This document shows positions 1 to 64,000 of a stretch of DNA of 64,000 nucleotides, piece by piece. The notes under the pieces are model-generated. The model saw nothing but the letters and a program-made list of their open reading frames with translations. It ran no database searches and was not told the origin of the DNA. Location: NCBI RefSeq assembly GCF_009914755.1, contig NC_060925.1; one strand, given 5' to 3'. The first letter of the stretch is position 1; each line of letters opens with the position of its first letter. The DNA comes from the human T2T-CHM13v2.0 reference genome, Homo sapiens. The position numbers were made by a program, and so were the translations under genes.

Positions 1-154
1 TGCAATAAAGATTGATTCTTGATTGATACCCACCAATAAAACTAGGATGAATGTTTTTCTAAGAAAAGGACCGTATGAGATAACCCAATACCACTGCATT
101 ATGCACCCTTCTTCTCACTTTTTCTCAATGTGATAATACAATAATATATTGACT

Positions 155-632
155 ATCTGCTGTCACATAAGTTATCCCAAAAAAGCAACAAATATGTTTA
201 TCTTACCCGGTTTCTGTGGTTCAGGAACTTGGGAGTGACTTAGTCTGGCTCAGGGTCTCTCACGAGGTTGCAGGAGCTACTGCTGTCATGTCATCTAAAG
301 CCCGACTAGGGCTCGAGGATCCCCTTCTGGAATGACTCGCTCACATGGCTGTTGGCTGGAGGCCTCAGTTCCTCACCATGTGTGTCCTTCCCTAGGGCTC
401 CTTGAGTGTCCTCACAACATGGCGGTTGGCTTTCCCCAGACTGAGTGATCCAAGGAGAGCAAAGAAGAAACCACAACATCTTTGATGATTCACCCTGGGA
501 AGTCACATTCACCACTTCCACAGTGCCATATGAGTTACACACGTCAGCCCTATTCAGGTGGGAGGGGGCTACACGAGGCCAGGTATTCTAACAGGCAGGG
601 ATCATGGGGGCCATTTTGCAAGCTGGCTACCA
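155..632 (-). mobile_element. MLT1-family (ERVL-MaLR) LTR
   Basis: Typical MLT1 segments ggctcagggtctctcacgaggttgcag and gtgtcctcacaacatggcgg, ending ggctaccaca. Confidence 0.6.
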
Positions 633-748
633 CATATACTTGTGGGTGGCAGGGAATAAACACTATGTGTTAGCCACTCTACTATGTTCTTTATACAACT
701 CTGTAGATACAATGAGAGGTTAAATAACTTCTTCAGACCACTAAGCTA

Positions 749-1079
<331 letters not shown>

Positions 1080-1401
1080 TCAGATGAGTGTGAATCAACA
1101 CGTCCCTTGCTGCCACAGGCCCATGTCGTGGCCCCTCCTGGTCCCTCTCTCTGCTGAGCCTTTGTTCCCAGGCAGGGCCGATGCCCACAGCACCCCGACA
1201 GATGTTTCCTGTCTCCAGCAACACGCACTGACTGACCTCTCCTTCTCACTGGGACCTTGAACAAATGATGTGCAGTGGATATTGGTCTCAACCCCATTCA
1301 AGCTCCTGGGATCCTTGGAGACACCTCCCTTCTCAGTGCCAGGCTCGTCACAAACTGGTTGACAGCGGCAGCGATGACAGTCATCCTCACTGCCTCTTTG
1401 A

Positions 1402-63297
<61,896 letters not shown>

Positions 63298-63461
63298 TAG
63301 TCAGAGCAGTGGACCCCAGACTCCGGCTCACTTTGGGGACTGACCAGTTTGCCAGGACTACCATGTTTTATCTGCATCATCCCAGAACTTGGAGGACATT
63401 GTAATACACAAAAAGATGGGCAGACCATGATCTCAGAGTCAAGTGCAGGCCTTGATATTAA

Positions 63462-63805
<344 letters not shown>

Positions 63806-64000
63806 TACTTTTTCTTATTTCATGGTGGCTGGGTGAGAACTTTGTCATGGATGAATACTGTCTAAGGATCAATGTTGGAGAACCACTTACAGTACCCCCT
63901 TTAGAGGGGGTAGAACTCCCCTAAGACTTGGGGCCCACTGCAGGCTGGGGCACTGGTCTAGGACCTGGAAGCCTGGGTTCAAGTTCCGTCTTGGTTCCAT

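Overview
Human (primate) genomic DNA: 64 kb from the interior of one + strand multi-exon gene. I read 20 consecutive coding exons (1427-63280) with canonical AG/GT ends and matching phases. They splice into a single stop-free frame of 2538 nt (about 846 aa) of E/K/Q/L-rich coiled coil. From memory of the protein sequence this is FHAD1; the FHA domain and both gene ends lie outside the window. Introns are dense in Alu, MaLR/ERV LTRs, hAT MITEs, old L1/L2/L3/MIR and simple repeats, and most ORFs in the supplied track are repeat-derived noise. The most interesting structure is an array of four paralogous 108-nt phase 0-0 exons (33732-41633), each encoding one 36-aa helical repeat. The duplications are still visible in the flanking introns, so the array could act as a splice- or duplication-tunable length module. 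Other points: a consensus internal donor and an intron read-through option in the exon at 17998-18193, signals for an overlapping antisense transcript, a high-quality CTCF motif, four consecutive exons each boxed by inverted Alus, and several unusual Alu architectures. Exon coordinates were counted by hand; repeat boundaries and subfamilies are by-eye estimates.
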